The translations under genes were made by a program, and so were the position numbers. A stretch of DNA of 62,337 nucleotides, filler included, from Rhabdomonas costata (lineage: Eukaryota), in assembly GCA_019059605.1 (NCBI GenBank). It is 34 parts of 34 records of this genome, joined end to end, with 100 filler letters (N's around TTAATTAATTAA, not from the genome) between each part and the next. Parts side by side here need not be neighbours in the genome. Positions count along the whole stretch, not along the records: positions 38,573 to 40,301 come from JAHMHO010009845.1; positions 40,402 to 42,137 come from JAHMHO010009846.1; positions 42,238 to 43,973 come from JAHMHO010009847.1; positions 44,074 to 45,809 come from JAHMHO010009848.1; positions 45,910 to 47,648 come from JAHMHO010009849.1; positions 47,749 to 49,485 come from JAHMHO010009850.1; positions 49,586 to 51,321 come from JAHMHO010009851.1; positions 51,422 to 53,157 come from JAHMHO010009852.1; 26 more parts are not named here. One strand, written 5' to 3'. The notes beneath the pieces are model-generated. The model searched no databases, was not told the origin of the DNA, and saw only the letters and a list, made by a program, of their open reading frames with translations. Numbering within the stretch: the stretch's first letter is position 1; each line of letters begins with the position of its first letter. Positions 38,978 through 52,882 of this stretch are shown piece by piece.

Positions 38978-39407
38978 TTACCTGCCATGGCACCGATGCT
39001 TTGTGATGCTGCAGGGTCGACCACATAAAAGTCGATCATATTGATCGGCAAGATGAAAGACATGAGTACTGAGCCGCAAGGTTATGGGTCCACGAGCCCC
39101 ACACATGGCTTCCAAAAGCATGTAACCTACCTGCACTCTTCCAAATATGACCTTGACACCTCTCCATCCCTTGTAATTCAAACGTTTGCCCACCACCCCA
39201 CTGACACTTTTCACACAAGACTACCTGGGGCAGCTTTCGCACTTGGGAAAAATTCGACATCGCCCCCAGCACAGGAATCGACACCGCCGGCTCGGAAGGC
39301 GACAGCCCCTCATCACTGGCACGCTCGGACAGCATGATCCCCAGGGACGCCAACATCAGGAGCATTGCCCATGGCAGCAGGAAGGCCAGCACTCGGGCGC
39401 CCCTCAT
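38978..39407 (-). CDS. Possible 5' exons of a signal-anchor (type II membrane) protein
   Basis: MRGARVLAFLLPWAMLLMLASLGIML; a plausible phase-0 intron follows KLPQ. Confidence 0.35.
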
Positions 39408-40067
39408 CCGGGCCCAGACTCACGCAGCACCACAGCACGGAAGCGGTGGTACAGCAGCCCAGTGGAAGGCACATGGCCAAGGGTCGGCCTCACCCAAAAT
39501 ACAAAAATCAGGCCAGCCAACACAGCACAAACACCTGCTTTCAGAAGGCCTTCAGTCATGAACACAACAAGCGTACCTGAACAAACACCGGTGCCACCAC
39601 CACGTTACGTGGTGGTGCGTGGTGGATCTCAGCGGGCGGACCAGCGCAATCCAGTGTAACACTGCCCACGAGAAAATAAAAAATTGGAGATAGTATGGGT
39701 AATCTTGAGCGTTCGGGCAGAAATTCGAAGCCATGAAGGGACTGTGGGCACTGACCCGGCGAACTGCCACTTTCAGATGCGCGAAAAAGCCAGTTGACAA
39801 AGCTCACAGAAACAAATGGTACACGGGGAAGTCCAAGAGCCACCCCATCGATCATGTGGGAGAGACGATGGAGAAGAAAGTGAAATACACACAGAGGGCG
39901 TTCACCAAAGCTTGGCCCACAAGTGGCGCTGGATGCACCGAACGGGGGGGGGGGCGGCCAAAAGGCTCTCCTCCCCCCCTCCTGTGTGCATACGGTTCCT
40001 TGGACAGCACACCACAGCGGCAAGTTCCGCCAGGGCGCAGCCCAGGGGGGAGGAGGGGCTCACTTCC

Positions 40068-40176
40068 TCACTTGTAGAACTCAAAGTCGTCGTCGTTCTT
40101 CTTGACATTCTTCTTGTACGCCTTGTCGAAGTCACTGGGAAGGATGACATAGCGGTTCTTCCGCACCGCGTTTCCC
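40068..40176 (-). CDS. RPT3: 26S proteasome AAA-ATPase RPT3 (PSMC4), last exon
   Basis: AVRKNRYVILPSDFDKAYKKNVKKNDDDFEFYK* matches the RPT3 C-terminus; too short to appear in the ORF track. Confidence 0.93.
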
Positions 40177-42794
40177 CTGCGAGGCAAACCCATCCCCCTC
40201 GAGAAAAGGTTCCTCAACACATCAGCAAACCAGAAGGGCCCCACTTTTTCACTATCGGCTGCAAAAAGCCCCTAAGCCCCTTCCGTGCTTTCCACAAAAC
40301 ANNNNNNNNNNNNNNNNNNNNNNNNNNNNNNNNNNNNNNNNNNNNTTAATTAATTAANNNNNNNNNNNNNNNNNNNNNNNNNNNNNNNNNNNNNNNNNNN
40401 NCAGGCCATGGGCCGCGAGAAAGTGCAGCCCATACAACACTGGAAAGAAAAGGGACATGGGAGAGAAACCGGTGGGAGGGAGCCCACACCCCTGTACTTT
40501 CGTTCTTCTCCTTTCCAGCCCTGAGCTCTGCGCTAGCGCATAAGGCGTGGAGCCATCAGTTCTGGGGCAAGAGGGAAAATGGACCCACAGGAGACAGAGG
40601 AACACCACGGCCGCGGAGTGAGCAAGGCCCATCCCGGACAAACGGAGGTGAACGCGGAAATGACTGACATACAAAAATACAGAGACCATTCTTAAGAGGC
40701 AGGTGCTTGTGAGTTCCCTATGGCCTCACCCAAACAAAGAGAAGGTTTCCAGTACTCCCGTAACGCAAAGAATCGGGACTGGGGTTAACGGTGCCCACAC
40801 GCCAATCCAAGGTACACTCCACACACTGCGCGTCTGAGAACTAATCGCGTTCTTTCCAACCTCCCAAACCCAAAAGGAGAACGCTCTTCTCACCAGATGT
40901 TCACCAAACGGCCTGTGATTGGCGCCGAGGGTGCATGCGAAGTCTTTATAGTGCTTGTTTTTTTTGTGTTTCGGGGGGGGGGGGAATAAAAGAGTACCCG
41001 AAATCCCGAAGTGCACAGCATTGGAATTCGCACCCCCAAGCCTCCAAGGTCCAGGGTCACCAGTCTCCCAATTTCACGTTCAAGTCGTTTTGCACCTATT
41101 GATACACCCGCTCACAGACTCCCATCAAAACACAAACCCACCCACACTATGATAACTCATCACAAGATCGGTTGACAGCAACCAGGAAGCTGTGCGAAGC
41201 ACAGGTCCCCGGGTGAGCTTATTTGCAGTTGATAGGCTGGCTACAGTGCCACCCACCGTGAAGAAGATAGAATACACAGCAAGTACAAAACACCACATCG
41301 CCTTCGTCCCATGTCTTGTCCCCATGTCATTTCATGTCAAGCCATTTGTTGAACGGTATTCTTAGGCCTCATTCTCCTGCACGGGCTCAAGGGGCGGTGG
41401 TGGGTGCCCGCGCTTTAAGGCGCTCAGTGGGCTGAGCTCCTCGGATGGCCCGTTAGGGAAGGCCTGAGGAGAGTCCTGCAGCGAGGGTGGGGAGGACTCC
41501 GGGCTGCGGTTGGGAGTCTTGTCTGCCGTCGCGCCACTTGTGTCTTCGCCACTTTTTAAAGAGAGGGGTCGGAGCGCAGACCATGCACTGCGTGGCGCAC
41601 AGGGTCGGCATGTCACGATTACACGATATATAAACGAATAATAGCATATGAGGACTGATTGCATACTTCTATGTTCGGGAACCCATGCAAACCACGCCTT
41701 TAATCAGGATCAGTCAGCCAGTTAGTTAGCTAACAATTAACTAAGGGTACTTTAAAGTTGGTTTGGAGGCGCAATTTTCGAGGGAATGTTCGAGGCTGTC
41801 GTATTCATACGGTGCGAGGTCAGGATTTTGTGAGATGCAACACAGCATGGGACATATTGACAACAAAAGCCCCACCAAAACGTTGCAACACCCGTCCTTT
41901 CATCCTGGGCCGGTACTAGTCCCTTGGCAGCTCTGTTTCTGACTTTGTGCCCCTTCTTGCCTCATCCCTGCGGAGGGTAACAACATATATATAATAGGGG
42001 TTAATATATATTATAGGGCGGAGCGGCAGCCACCTCACCAAATCGAAACAGCAAAAGGAAGCACAGAAAGCCGACGCACCTCGGATCGGGACTCAGGCTA
42101 ATTGGGGAGGGGTCGGGCAGCAACGCGGGCGCGGGGGNNNNNNNNNNNNNNNNNNNNNNNNNNNNNNNNNNNNNNNNNNNNTTAATTAATTAANNNNNNN
42201 NNNNNNNNNNNNNNNNNNNNNNNNNNNNNNNNNNNNNGTGAGGGTGGTGCTGAATGATGTCCTTCCGTGCATGTCTGTGCATATGAGTTTAGTCATTCTT
42301 TCTATCACGAGGGTGGGAGAGTGTAGGACTGCTGCCGAGTTGGTGGGTGGGTGGGTTCGAATGTTTGGTTCGTTTGAGGTACTGTGCATAGACACACTGC
42401 CACAGCAGTACTTAAAGCGTTTGAGAATAGCACAAAAAAATGAACAATTTACAAGAAGGAAAGCGGTATAAAGAGTTTGAGCCAATGGATACCCCGGAAG
42501 CATGGCTGCATGGGCGTCTATCACGGAAAACCTGTTCACTCAAATATATTGACACTGGCTTGTGGATCAGTTTCTCACAGAGCGTCCAGTGTCCGGCACA
42601 GAAAAAACAAAAGTAAATACTGTTTACGGAGGTAAAGAAATGGGAGAGGGGGATGCTAGAAGGCAGTGTTGGCCGAGTGCATTGGCACGTAGAAAGGGGC
42701 GCACGGACGCAATTTCGTCAGGAATCATCATGATCTCCTGATCAACGCCCATCAATACTGACGCTCGTTCCCTGTGCATTGTGGACTTGGGTAG

Positions 42795-43088
42795 GAACCC
42801 GCCCCATGGGGTGTTTTGGGGGCGAGGCGGCACTGAACGGCAGCCTGCCCTTCGACGCCACCCCCACGGCTTCCTCTGCGTCGTCCCTCACGCCAGCTCG
42901 CTGCGTGGGGCTGTGCTACTCCGCGGGGTACCTCTACGGTGGACTTCGCAACGGCACGCAGTGCCTGTGCGGCAATGGGGCGCCGCCGGAGGGCGAGCCT
43001 TCCCCTTCGGACTGCACCACACCCTGCGCGAACTCCTCCGCTCTGCCGTGCGGCGGGGAGCGCGCGGTCGGCGTGTACTACGCGGGAG
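42795..43088 (+). CDS. WSC carbohydrate-binding domain exon (phase 1-1)
   Basis: MGCF...LTPARCVGLC...GYLYGGLRNGTQCLCGN...CTTPC...CGGERAVGVY. Confidence 0.92.
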
Positions 43089-44833
43089 GTGCGTTTTTCT
43101 TGCGTGGCTGGTTTTTCAGCACTTCTATATCTCCTTTTGCTATGGGTGCCTGATCCTGGGTTCTGCTCTTCTCATCGCGGTAGTTTTTGTGGTTGGCTGT
43201 TTGTCATGAGCCGTAGCACCAGTGGTTGTGAGGGGGGGGGGGGTTCTTAGGGAAACCGGGAAACCTCAGAGACACGCGTATCACATCAGAAGTAAAGATG
43301 CGTTTGATTTTCGCAATGCGCAGGACCTGATATTTTGTACTTTTCGCTTCTCACATACTCCGCAGAACCGCAAGTCGAATCGATCTGAGCGCGCGGCAAC
43401 AATAGTTTCTTTAGGCAATTATTTTTTGGTAATCTCATTGCTGGGATGCTCCGGCGCTACATCCTTCCCGGTGGATCGACCGGTTTTGGGCGACGAACCG
43501 GCATTTCACGGAATACTGTACCGAATTTCGACGTATTCGCCACAACATCACAACCTCGTCCGCTAGGCAGATCGCCAGTAAGTAAGTAACCTAAAAGGGC
43601 TCTGCCCTTCCTCTGTACCGGATCCCCTGCATATTCGAGGGCATCGCCCTTTAACACCTTTTAACGCACATCAGCAAGACGTAGAGCTTTAGCAAGACCC
43701 ACATCGAAGCAGTGAGGGGGCGTGCTTCGCCCTGTAACCCATCTGAGACTACCCCGCGATGTTATCGCTTCCAACCAGTCGGACTACTGGGCGCCAACCC
43801 AATTACTCGTTGGGCCCATTCGCGGCGGAACCGCCCGAACGGAGGCTGCTCGCCTCATTCTCTTATGTTCAGCATGCAATGATTTGTCAGCGTAGGGGCC
43901 AGTGGTTGTCCTCAAAATCTTGGGTGTCGCATATTCGCCAACCTTTCCCCACACAACCCAAACACACCAACACNNNNNNNNNNNNNNNNNNNNNNNNNNN
44001 NNNNNNNNNNNNNNNNNTTAATTAATTAANNNNNNNNNNNNNNNNNNNNNNNNNNNNNNNNNNNNNNNNNNNNGTTGGTTGGGTCTCGGTGCGAGCTTTT
44101 TAAGGCCAACTCAGCCGAAATCATCCATTGTTTGGAGCCCTCTTTCGGGGTCCACCGATGGCTTTCGAAATAGGGGTTGCCGGGTTGAAATTCGACCTTC
44201 CGAAAATCGACCCGACTTTATTCCAGGGTCGGGATTGAGAAAAGCTCGTTTTTGCGTCAATTGAGCAGTATTTCAGGTGATTGCCAGAGCTTTTTTGGGT
44301 GGTCGAACTTCTCCTTGAAACAGCTGCTGTGGGCATCTTAAAGCACAGGATCATGTGAAAGAAAGTTTTGACCTTCCTAAATTTTACCCGAGTTCAATTT
44401 CGCATGTCAGGAATGCACAAAACGTTAATACGTGATTTTCAGCCGTGTTTAGGCTCGTCTTTGGCTTTTTTTTTTAGGATTTGAAAGCCATGGCGGGAAG
44501 CCGCGCCCAGGGGTACGCGAAGTCCATGGGAAATAACTCGTACACACACATTTCTGATTCTAAAAAGGACGGGGCCCAGAGGCGACCTACCACAGTTGAA
44601 CTTGAAACCAAATTGTAACGATGTTCCCGGTAGAGCCCTTTGCCCCCCATGGGATCCCTTTGCGCTGTCACAGGCTCGCACCGTTGTTTGTCCCCTGGCA
44701 TGATACCTGCTCAACATTTGCCCTGGTTTCTGCATTTTTATGCCTACCGCTTGCTGAAGAAGGCAAATCAGTCATGTACGAGAGGGCTACCCCCTTTCCT
44801 CATTTCTCCCCATTGCTCGCATGCCTCTTCCAG

Positions 44834-44941
44834 GAGGTCTTGTTCGAGTTCAACACCTATTTTAAAGTCAACCGAAAGCTGGGCCCAGCGATGAAGAAGT
44901 TCTTTCAGCAGAAGCTGGGCTACTGCCTGGACCGTGTCGAG
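44834..44941 (+). CDS. Hypothetical protein exon
   Basis: cag|EVLFEFNTYFKVNRKLGPAMKKFFQQKLGYCLDRVE|gt; 108 nt, biased codons. Confidence 0.45.
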
Positions 44942-47900
44942 GTAGCTGGGGGACTGCCCGCGACTGGGACTGCACCTGTATTCACCCATTATGCGTTGTC
45001 TGAAATGTGTGCCATCGAAATGGATTTCATGAAACCTGAAACCAATGGCAAAAGTGCAAAGCATAAAAAGGATGTTACTTTGTGCATATTTACTCTGTCG
45101 GGCTGACAGCAGAACTTCAACGTACAGTGTCTCACCTGAAAAAGTATGCGCTAACTCAAGCCTCAAGCACGAGATCAAAAAGACCCTAATGGCCGAAATC
45201 CGGACTCTCAAGAACGGACTTGTGCATCGGGACCCGCGGCTACCAAAAGGGACGTACACTCACTGGGACACCGCCCAAACTCTTTGGGTGGTGTCCTTGG
45301 GTAGGCCCTATTGTGACCGTAAATTCCCTGCATTTTCGGGCGCTCCCCAATCACAAGTTTCAGATGAGTGGCATTAAGGATGGTAAGACACTGCTCCCGT
45401 TGGAGGGGACGAACTGCGGGCCCGCACAACAGTTGAGCCACCGCACGAGCCAGTGCTCGAGAAATTGTCATCCAGACAGGCTCGGCAGCTTCTTTTTTGG
45501 TTGCTTACGGTGCCTGCGAAGCGATGACCTGACTCGTGTGGCTCTGAAAGCGTTCGCTGTGCGTTGTGATCTTACCTTTCGTTGCTGCATTAACGGAAGC
45601 CACGCCGCTGGTGCTGAGTGTGATGGATGCAACGGGCGTTGGAACGTCGAAGAAAGAAGCCATGAAGGTGTGGGTATGAATCTGTGAAGAACACAGCAAG
45701 ACGAACCCATCAAGCGGAAATCGGCACGATCGTCTCGCGAATGGCGTTGTGCCCTTTATAGCTGTCTTGGCATGCCCCAAACCGCTGCACAGCAGTCCCC
45801 TCACCACCANNNNNNNNNNNNNNNNNNNNNNNNNNNNNNNNNNNNNNNNNNNNTTAATTAATTAANNNNNNNNNNNNNNNNNNNNNNNNNNNNNNNNNNN
45901 NNNNNNNNNGTGCCGGTGCTGTTTTTTGTGGTACGTCATGTCTAACGACACCATTTGGCCGACTTTGTTCCGATCGTCCATCAGACTGGGACTTCCACAA
46001 TAATTCCGTTAATAATTAATATTTTATTAATATTTACATTTCCTGCTAATAAGAAATTTTACCATGTGTATGACACGTTTGCTTCACCACTTGGTCAGTT
46101 CGTGAACATTCATTATGTGTATGAAATTTGCGAAAGACCATAATTGCAGAAGAGCTTCTTAAGTGTAGGTCACGAAGTGATACGTGGTATTCCAATACAG
46201 AGCTGCGCTCCTCGTGCAGCACAGGGCTTGCTCAACTTATTTCTCTCTGCAGGGCGCCATGAACCCTTCCTCTGCTACCATGTGTCACGGAGTGATACGT
46301 GGTACTTCAACTTCGAGGTGCGCTCCACCACACAGTGTCGAATTATTCCACCTCTGCTACCACGTGTCACGGCCCGGCTTGCAACCTCACCGCTTACGTG
46401 TAACCCGGCGTTGGCCGGTGGTTCCACTGGGCTCGGTGTTCAGCAGCCGTATCACGACTATGCTTTCGCAAAGTGGGCGCTGTCCCGGCTTACATTGGTT
46501 GTCCCCAAGAGCGTGACTTTCTTACGAACGGTACGGCTTCGACTTGCGTCAGAAGTCCGGCGTGCGATGAAACCTGAGGTCTCCATCTGTCAGTGGTGAG
46601 AGTGTCCTGTCTGATGCTGCAACGGGGGGAGGCGTGCAAGGCTTTTCGGTCTTTCCTGTGTGCTTGGGTGCGTTATGCAAAGGGGGCGGCGAGGCGATCT
46701 CTCTCTTTAGCTCGGCTTTTCGACCACTCCGGGGTCACTCCGCGAACCAACAGAAGGGGAAGGGAGTACGAGCTTTGCAAGGGGGAACCTGGTGTCTTGA
46801 CTTCTGCGGGATTGCGGCCTCGGGCTCTGCTTATTCACGGGGCGGGCTGGGTGCGACTCTGGCTACCCCTTCTGCCTCTCTCCTCCTTTCAAGCAGGCTG
46901 GGACTTACGCAGCACTTCCGCAGCAACAGTGCAAGTACAGCAGCGTTCACAACCACAACTGCAGCAGCTACGATCCACACACTCTACCTCTCTCTGGGTT
47001 TTGCGCCAGCTCTTTCGCCTCTGCGCTTCTCCATTGCAACCTAATTACAACGCACAACCAAAACAAGCACGAACAACGGAAATCAAAGGCCAAACCCTTC
47101 GATCAGCCTGTTCCCATCCCCTTTCGTCTGTAGCAAAACCCTAATCCAACAAAAGGACCACTCTGACCGAAAAACTCGTCCAGAGAATTCGCAAACAACA
47201 TCATTCAATGCAGTCGAATTTCTTCTTTCGAAGAAGTCCACTTTCATTGAATTCAGCCACTAGGGACATTCTTGTCATAATCTTCGAGCTTTCCCGAATT
47301 CTTCTGTCTTCGATGCAACTCTCTTGTGCAAAAACTTCTTTCCAACACAACTCTGCCGCTCTACTCTTGCAACCCTTCTGTCTCTGGCCTTTGGCCCTCG
47401 GCAATTTCTTACCGAGCTCCTCTTTTCTTTGACTGTCCTCCCTTCTGAACTTCTCTTCTGCCACTGCGCTGCTGCTTGCTGCTCTTCTGCTGCTTCGTCC
47501 CTTGGAATCTCCTCCTCCCTTGTCCTTCTCTCGCTGACTCGCCCGGGCTTTTGCCCCACTCGGCTCTCCGGGTCGGCCTTCTCTCCCTTACTCTTCCCCG
47601 TATATAATTTCTCTGCCTTGACGGCTTTTTCTCTTACTCCGAGGGTCGNNNNNNNNNNNNNNNNNNNNNNNNNNNNNNNNNNNNNNNNNNNNTTAATTAA
47701 TTAANNNNNNNNNNNNNNNNNNNNNNNNNNNNNNNNNNNNNNNNNNNNAGGTCTCTGCGATTCCACTCTCCTTCCTTGGGGGGCTGGGGTCTTTTCTCGC
47801 GGGAACGCCCCTTGGACCTTTTCTTTCGGATGGGTGAACGGGCAGCACCGATGGTGTGTGTGTGTGTGTGTGCGTGTATGGCCGAGGAACCATAGAACGA

Positions 47901-49585
47901 GAAACAGAGAGATGTAATAGAAATGTGGTTGGATTGTCAAAAAAAAAAGCAACCAAAGCGCGCACGTGCATCCCGAGGTACTGTTTTCTAGTTGCACATC
48001 CCTAGTTTTCTAGTTTTCTAGAGGTACTGTTTTCTAGTTGCACATCCCCAAGCACTGCGCAGCAACAGGGCACACGAAAGACGCGAAAACGCGTTACCGA
48101 CAAAATTGCAAAAGCAGAACTCCAGCTCCCCCCCCTCCGCAAAACTTTCAACAAATCGGCAAACTTTGAGCAAATGACCGCTTCACGCAATAGAGTAAAG
48201 AGTAAATATCCTCTTCACTGCTTTCGACATTACTGGGGAGAACCCCCCCCCCCAGTAATGTCCCATATTCCTTTACTTTGCCGAACAATTGGTGGTTGGA
48301 GGTACCTGGCTCCCGAAGTTGCTTGGGCATCGCTGGAACCACGAGCCGACTAGCGTGGGAAAAATCAAAAGAAACGAGTTTTTGAAAATGTTTTTGAAAA
48401 CGGAGCAGCGGAAAAGGCGTTGGAAGTGAGAGGGGAAAACAGTGTCACCGAGATGAGCCTTTTACAGAAGATGAGACAGCCGTTAGGCCATAGTGGAGAC
48501 TATAATGGGGTCGAACAAGATTTCTGCGATAACAGATGAAAAGGTGACATGGAAGAGCGAGACAGTAAAAATAGGACATCAGGCTTACTCAGAGCAGGTA
48601 TGTGTGCGTCTGCGTGTTAAATAAGGCGGTTGCAAATCGGCGTCTCATAGCGACCGACGAACTTGACATGGAACAGCACTGTGGGACAGGACGGTAGGGT
48701 GGTAAAGTTTATCTGAGAAATTGCCCTGTGCCCGCCTCAGCAATGCGTGGTGGGAAGAAAGCGTGAATGCTGATAAGGACGGGATGGCCATGCCAAATTT
48801 AGCAAATTTCGGCAGGGGTCACCTCAAAGTACAGGGCCACCTGTAGCCCCAGAGTCCATGCGTCAGACACTCGAAGCAAACTGCGCAAAAATATTAGAAG
48901 GGGGTGGGCTAGTGGATCGCAATGACGGCAGAGGTTCCATACAAAAAACAAAGTTCCACATGAATGCTGTCTCGCGTTGAACACACAGCGATTTTTATGG
49001 ATGCTCCCCGAGCAACAGCATTCCCTGTGAATTGACTCGAGGAACTAGCCGCCTTGGATAACATTTCACAATTAATTGTTCTCTTTGACAGTGCAAAACT
49101 AGACGTTGACAACTTCTCGGGGGTATCTTCCTGTTAGTAGTGCAGTAGGCTCTACTTTTTCCCTTGAGAGCAAACCATCCAAACTGAATTTATTCTTCAA
49201 ATTAAACTGCCAGGTGCTGGTACCAAGACCTGACAAACTTCTAGCGTGGGTCATGATGTTCCAGGCTACACCGTAAACTGCGAGTTTTTAACCATAACAC
49301 ATCACAGAACAGGATGCTGCGAAGGACCAGCAGAACAAAATACAGGCTCAAAAGACCTCGAAATTTCACGATTAAATTCCCGGGGTAGTACTAGGCATAG
49401 GATGCAAGGTTACTATCGCTGCCTTCGTTCCGGCAGCGAAAATAAATACTTGAAAGCCCGCTCTCTATTGACCTCCACCACCACCNNNNNNNNNNNNNNN
49501 NNNNNNNNNNNNNNNNNNNNNNNNNNNNNTTAATTAATTAANNNNNNNNNNNNNNNNNNNNNNNNNNNNNNNNNNNNNNNNNNNN

Positions 49586-50256
49586 GTTGGCATGTAGAGC
49601 GTTTCTGTGCGCTTTCGTGTGCCATCTTGTTCATTGTTCGTCCTTCTCGCCTTCATCTGTCTTCTGCTTCTTCCTTCCTGATCAGTGCTTTCTCTTCCTA
49701 GATTTACCCTTTCCTTTCTGCACCAGTTCCTCTGCTGAACCCTTGGGTTGGCGTGGGTACTCTGCAACCCCACTATTAACACGCGCCGGACAAGTGCAAG
49801 CGAGCGTTCGTGCGTGTGGGCATACTCTCCGTATTCGACCATCCCCCGGGGCCGAATGTGAATGCAGCCCAGGCTGGTCCCGCTTTGATCGTAGACCGTG
49901 TTCACGATGATTTGCGTGTTCTGGTGCGACACCCCACTGCGGAACCGGACTGTCTCCTTCCTAAGCAGCCAACAAGAGCAGGGCATTGCCATGGCAGAGC
50001 AGACGTACAGCGAGGAAGAATACGTATGGAAGCATACGGCAGAAGCGAATTCAAGTACAACCACTTCCCTTCCAACGGCCCACCATCGCGACCCCCAATG
50101 CGTGCGAAAGTGAAGAATACAGCCTCCGGTGGGTCAGCATATGTCCAAGACAGCCCCCGAAACGGTAAAACCAATGTGAAAAATGAAGACGGAGGAAGGA
50201 CGAACAATGAACAAGATGGCACACGAAAGCGCACAGAAACGCTCTACATGCCAACC
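49586..50256. repeat. 60-bp inverted repeat pair (49586-49645 / ~50197-50256), one arm at the contig start
   Basis: Exact reverse complements about 550 bp apart. Confidence 0.9.
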
Positions 50257-50518
50257 CAGAAACGGGTGAGAGAAAGAAAGACCGAACGGTGACGGTCTGA
50301 CACAGGCGGGCGGCAGTGGCCAGCTCGGCCAGCTGCTTCGCCACGCACCCCACGCAGAAGTACATGTCGCGCTCCCACGGCAGCGGCGACAGCACTACGG
50401 AAAAAGGGAACGCCAGCTGGAACTCCTGCTGCAGCTTCTGTAGGTGCCGCTCATGCGCGCACCGCACCGCGTCCGCCAGATTTACCCCAGGACCGCGCGG
50501 CAGAGAGTGGCACTTCAC
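49826..50518 (-). CDS. Hypothetical protein exons (50288-50518, 49826-49960)
   Basis: Open, GC3-rich segments with canonical splice sites; no family recognised. Confidence 0.45.
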
Positions 50519-51793
50519 CTGAGCGTGCGCAAACCTGGTGGACGTCTTGAGGTGGAGTGCAGTAGACGCCCCAATCACGTTGGTGCAATTCCAATGGGTC
50601 CCATTCAATCGCTGGAACCGGTGGAACCGGACTAATCAATGATCACTGGAACCGGACTAATTCCACCCTTCCGTTAAATCAAATGGTTTAGTGCTCACCC
50701 AATGATCCAAAAGTCCAGGGACACAGTGCTGCAAAGCACAAAGCACAGGGGTCGGGGTCGGGTGTCAGAAACGCTGGCGTTTGCCATGCAATGAGAGTGT
50801 GGACAAAACCAAACTCTGTGTGATTCTCTGGCAGATTGTCCCATGTTCGCGGATCACAGGGGCACATAGAAACGTGGAGCAGAAGCAAATGGGAAAGCGG
50901 AAGGTGTGTTTGGACAACGTCAGGGTGCAATTCAGAACAGCACAGGCGGAAAGACACTCGGTGCAATCTTCAAGGGGTTAAGCTGAAACTCGACCCCCCC
51001 CCGTGAACCACCTACCACTACGGCAATCTCCTGGGAGCCGTTCATCGCCTTCGCTGGCAATGAAGCCCAGAAATATTTCCTTGTATTAGAATCCCAATGG
51101 ACACATGCATCGCCTCCTAACTGAGCTCCGTTTGTGGTTCACGGGGGGAGGGGGGGTCGAGTTTCAGCCTCGCACCATCTTCAAAACGGATGAGCAGTCT
51201 CCAACAAAATTGAAGCGGGAAGAGGAAGAATTCACTCTGTGGGCAGTCAAGAGGAAGAAGGATAGTCACCACCAAGCGAAGCGGCTGCGTACATCCCAGC
51301 ACCGCACAGGCAAACAACAGCNNNNNNNNNNNNNNNNNNNNNNNNNNNNNNNNNNNNNNNNNNNNTTAATTAATTAANNNNNNNNNNNNNNNNNNNNNNN
51401 NNNNNNNNNNNNNNNNNNNNNGGTATGGAGGGTTTGGGGTGAGGAGGGGGGCGGGAAGGTTACGACATGGAAGGAGGAGAAACCGACCCTTGCACTTTGA
51501 CAAGGACCCGTGTGAAGAGAGTGGGCGCGTCTCTCTGGCAGTGGCTCTCAGTCTGCCAGGTTTGACCGGGCTCAGCGGATATCGTCTCCTCGGTGAAAGA
51601 CGCCCACTCTACCCCCTCACCTCCATGGGGTCCAAAGGAGTGGGGTGCGGCGAGAGATAAAAACCGCATACCTGATTCCTTAAGGTTGGTTCATTTTGAC
51701 AACTTCCATTATAACAACTCTAGCGGGCCATAACTCGCCAAAAGTCGCCATGTAGGAAGGATGGCTATCAATGGACGAGCCCTGCCCATCCAC

Positions 51794-52882
51794 CCCCTAG
51801 CCCGATTGGCGGGGTTGATCTTGCCCAAGCCCCCAAACATCCGGTTGAAATGCCAGCCGACGTAGCCCCGAAGGGCGGAGCCGTACAGCCCGCGGATTTT
51901 CCCCAGAGCCTTTCCAAAACCATCCCGCACAAGGGCCTCGGGGTACAGCACGTCCAGCAGGAACTCTACAAACACGGGCCCAGGGACACCCTCCTGGGCA
52001 ATCTGGAAAGCCTGTAGGAAACGGGAAGGGGGGAAGGAAGGAAGGAAGGAAGCCCGAATGGAAAAACGGGTGTGTAGGACAGCGGCTTCTCCACAGGGCC
52101 ATACCTCTTAAATTCTACATGCTGCTGATGTGCAGAGTGCGTGGGGAAAGTACTGGGGGCAGGGGGCTCGAAGGCTGAGAATATCCTAAAGGCAGACTGA
52201 CTTGGGACCAATTGGTGGTGATGAGATGCATCGAAAAATGGTCATAGTTATTCATACTTCATTTTCAGAGCTTGATGCCAAATACCGAGGAGAAGGGCTC
52301 CCAGGAGGAAACCTTCAGCAATCTGTATATAAGCCTGTACACAGGTAATGCCACAGAACTCTTTCTGGCTTCTCCTTTGCGATTTGCCACATTCCCACGC
52401 ACCGAGACACACTCATTTCCAATACATCATGTTCATCTAATTCTTTCTCACGTTTTCCCTTGCACTAAGTCTTTTTTCGAACCTTTTTGCTGGGGCTACG
52501 ATATTAAAAATGGACACAACGCCAAGAGCCGCCACTCCCTAGGGAAGCTAACCTTCCCATCCTTCTCCAAGGACCAACTTACTGCGCGGCAAGCACGCAA
52601 CCGCCAAAAACAGTCCGTTGCGCCTTCCCTCCCTCTTGCGTACAGACCTGAAGCAGCTTGGGGCGGATCTCCGCCGCGGTGCGGACAGTGACGGCCCACT
52701 TGCAGTGAGGCCTGAGCATCGCCAGTTGGTCAATGTCCTGCAGCGAGCCCTTGCCGCGGAACAGCGAGGGCGCGGCGCCCGCGAGCAGCAGCATCGGGGA
52801 TTGCGCCAGCTGGGCGTTCTTCACCGCGGTGACGGTATTGGAGATCCCCGGGCCGGCAGTCACCACGGCCACCCCAACTGTG
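51794..52882 (-). CDS. ILVBL: ILVBL/HACL2-like thiamine-diphosphate enzyme (exons 52648-52882, ~51794-52011)
   Basis: TVGVAVVTAGPGISNTVTAVKNAQLAQSPMLLLAGAA...GSLQDIDQ|AFQIAQEGVPGPVFVEFLLDVLYP. Confidence 0.9.
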
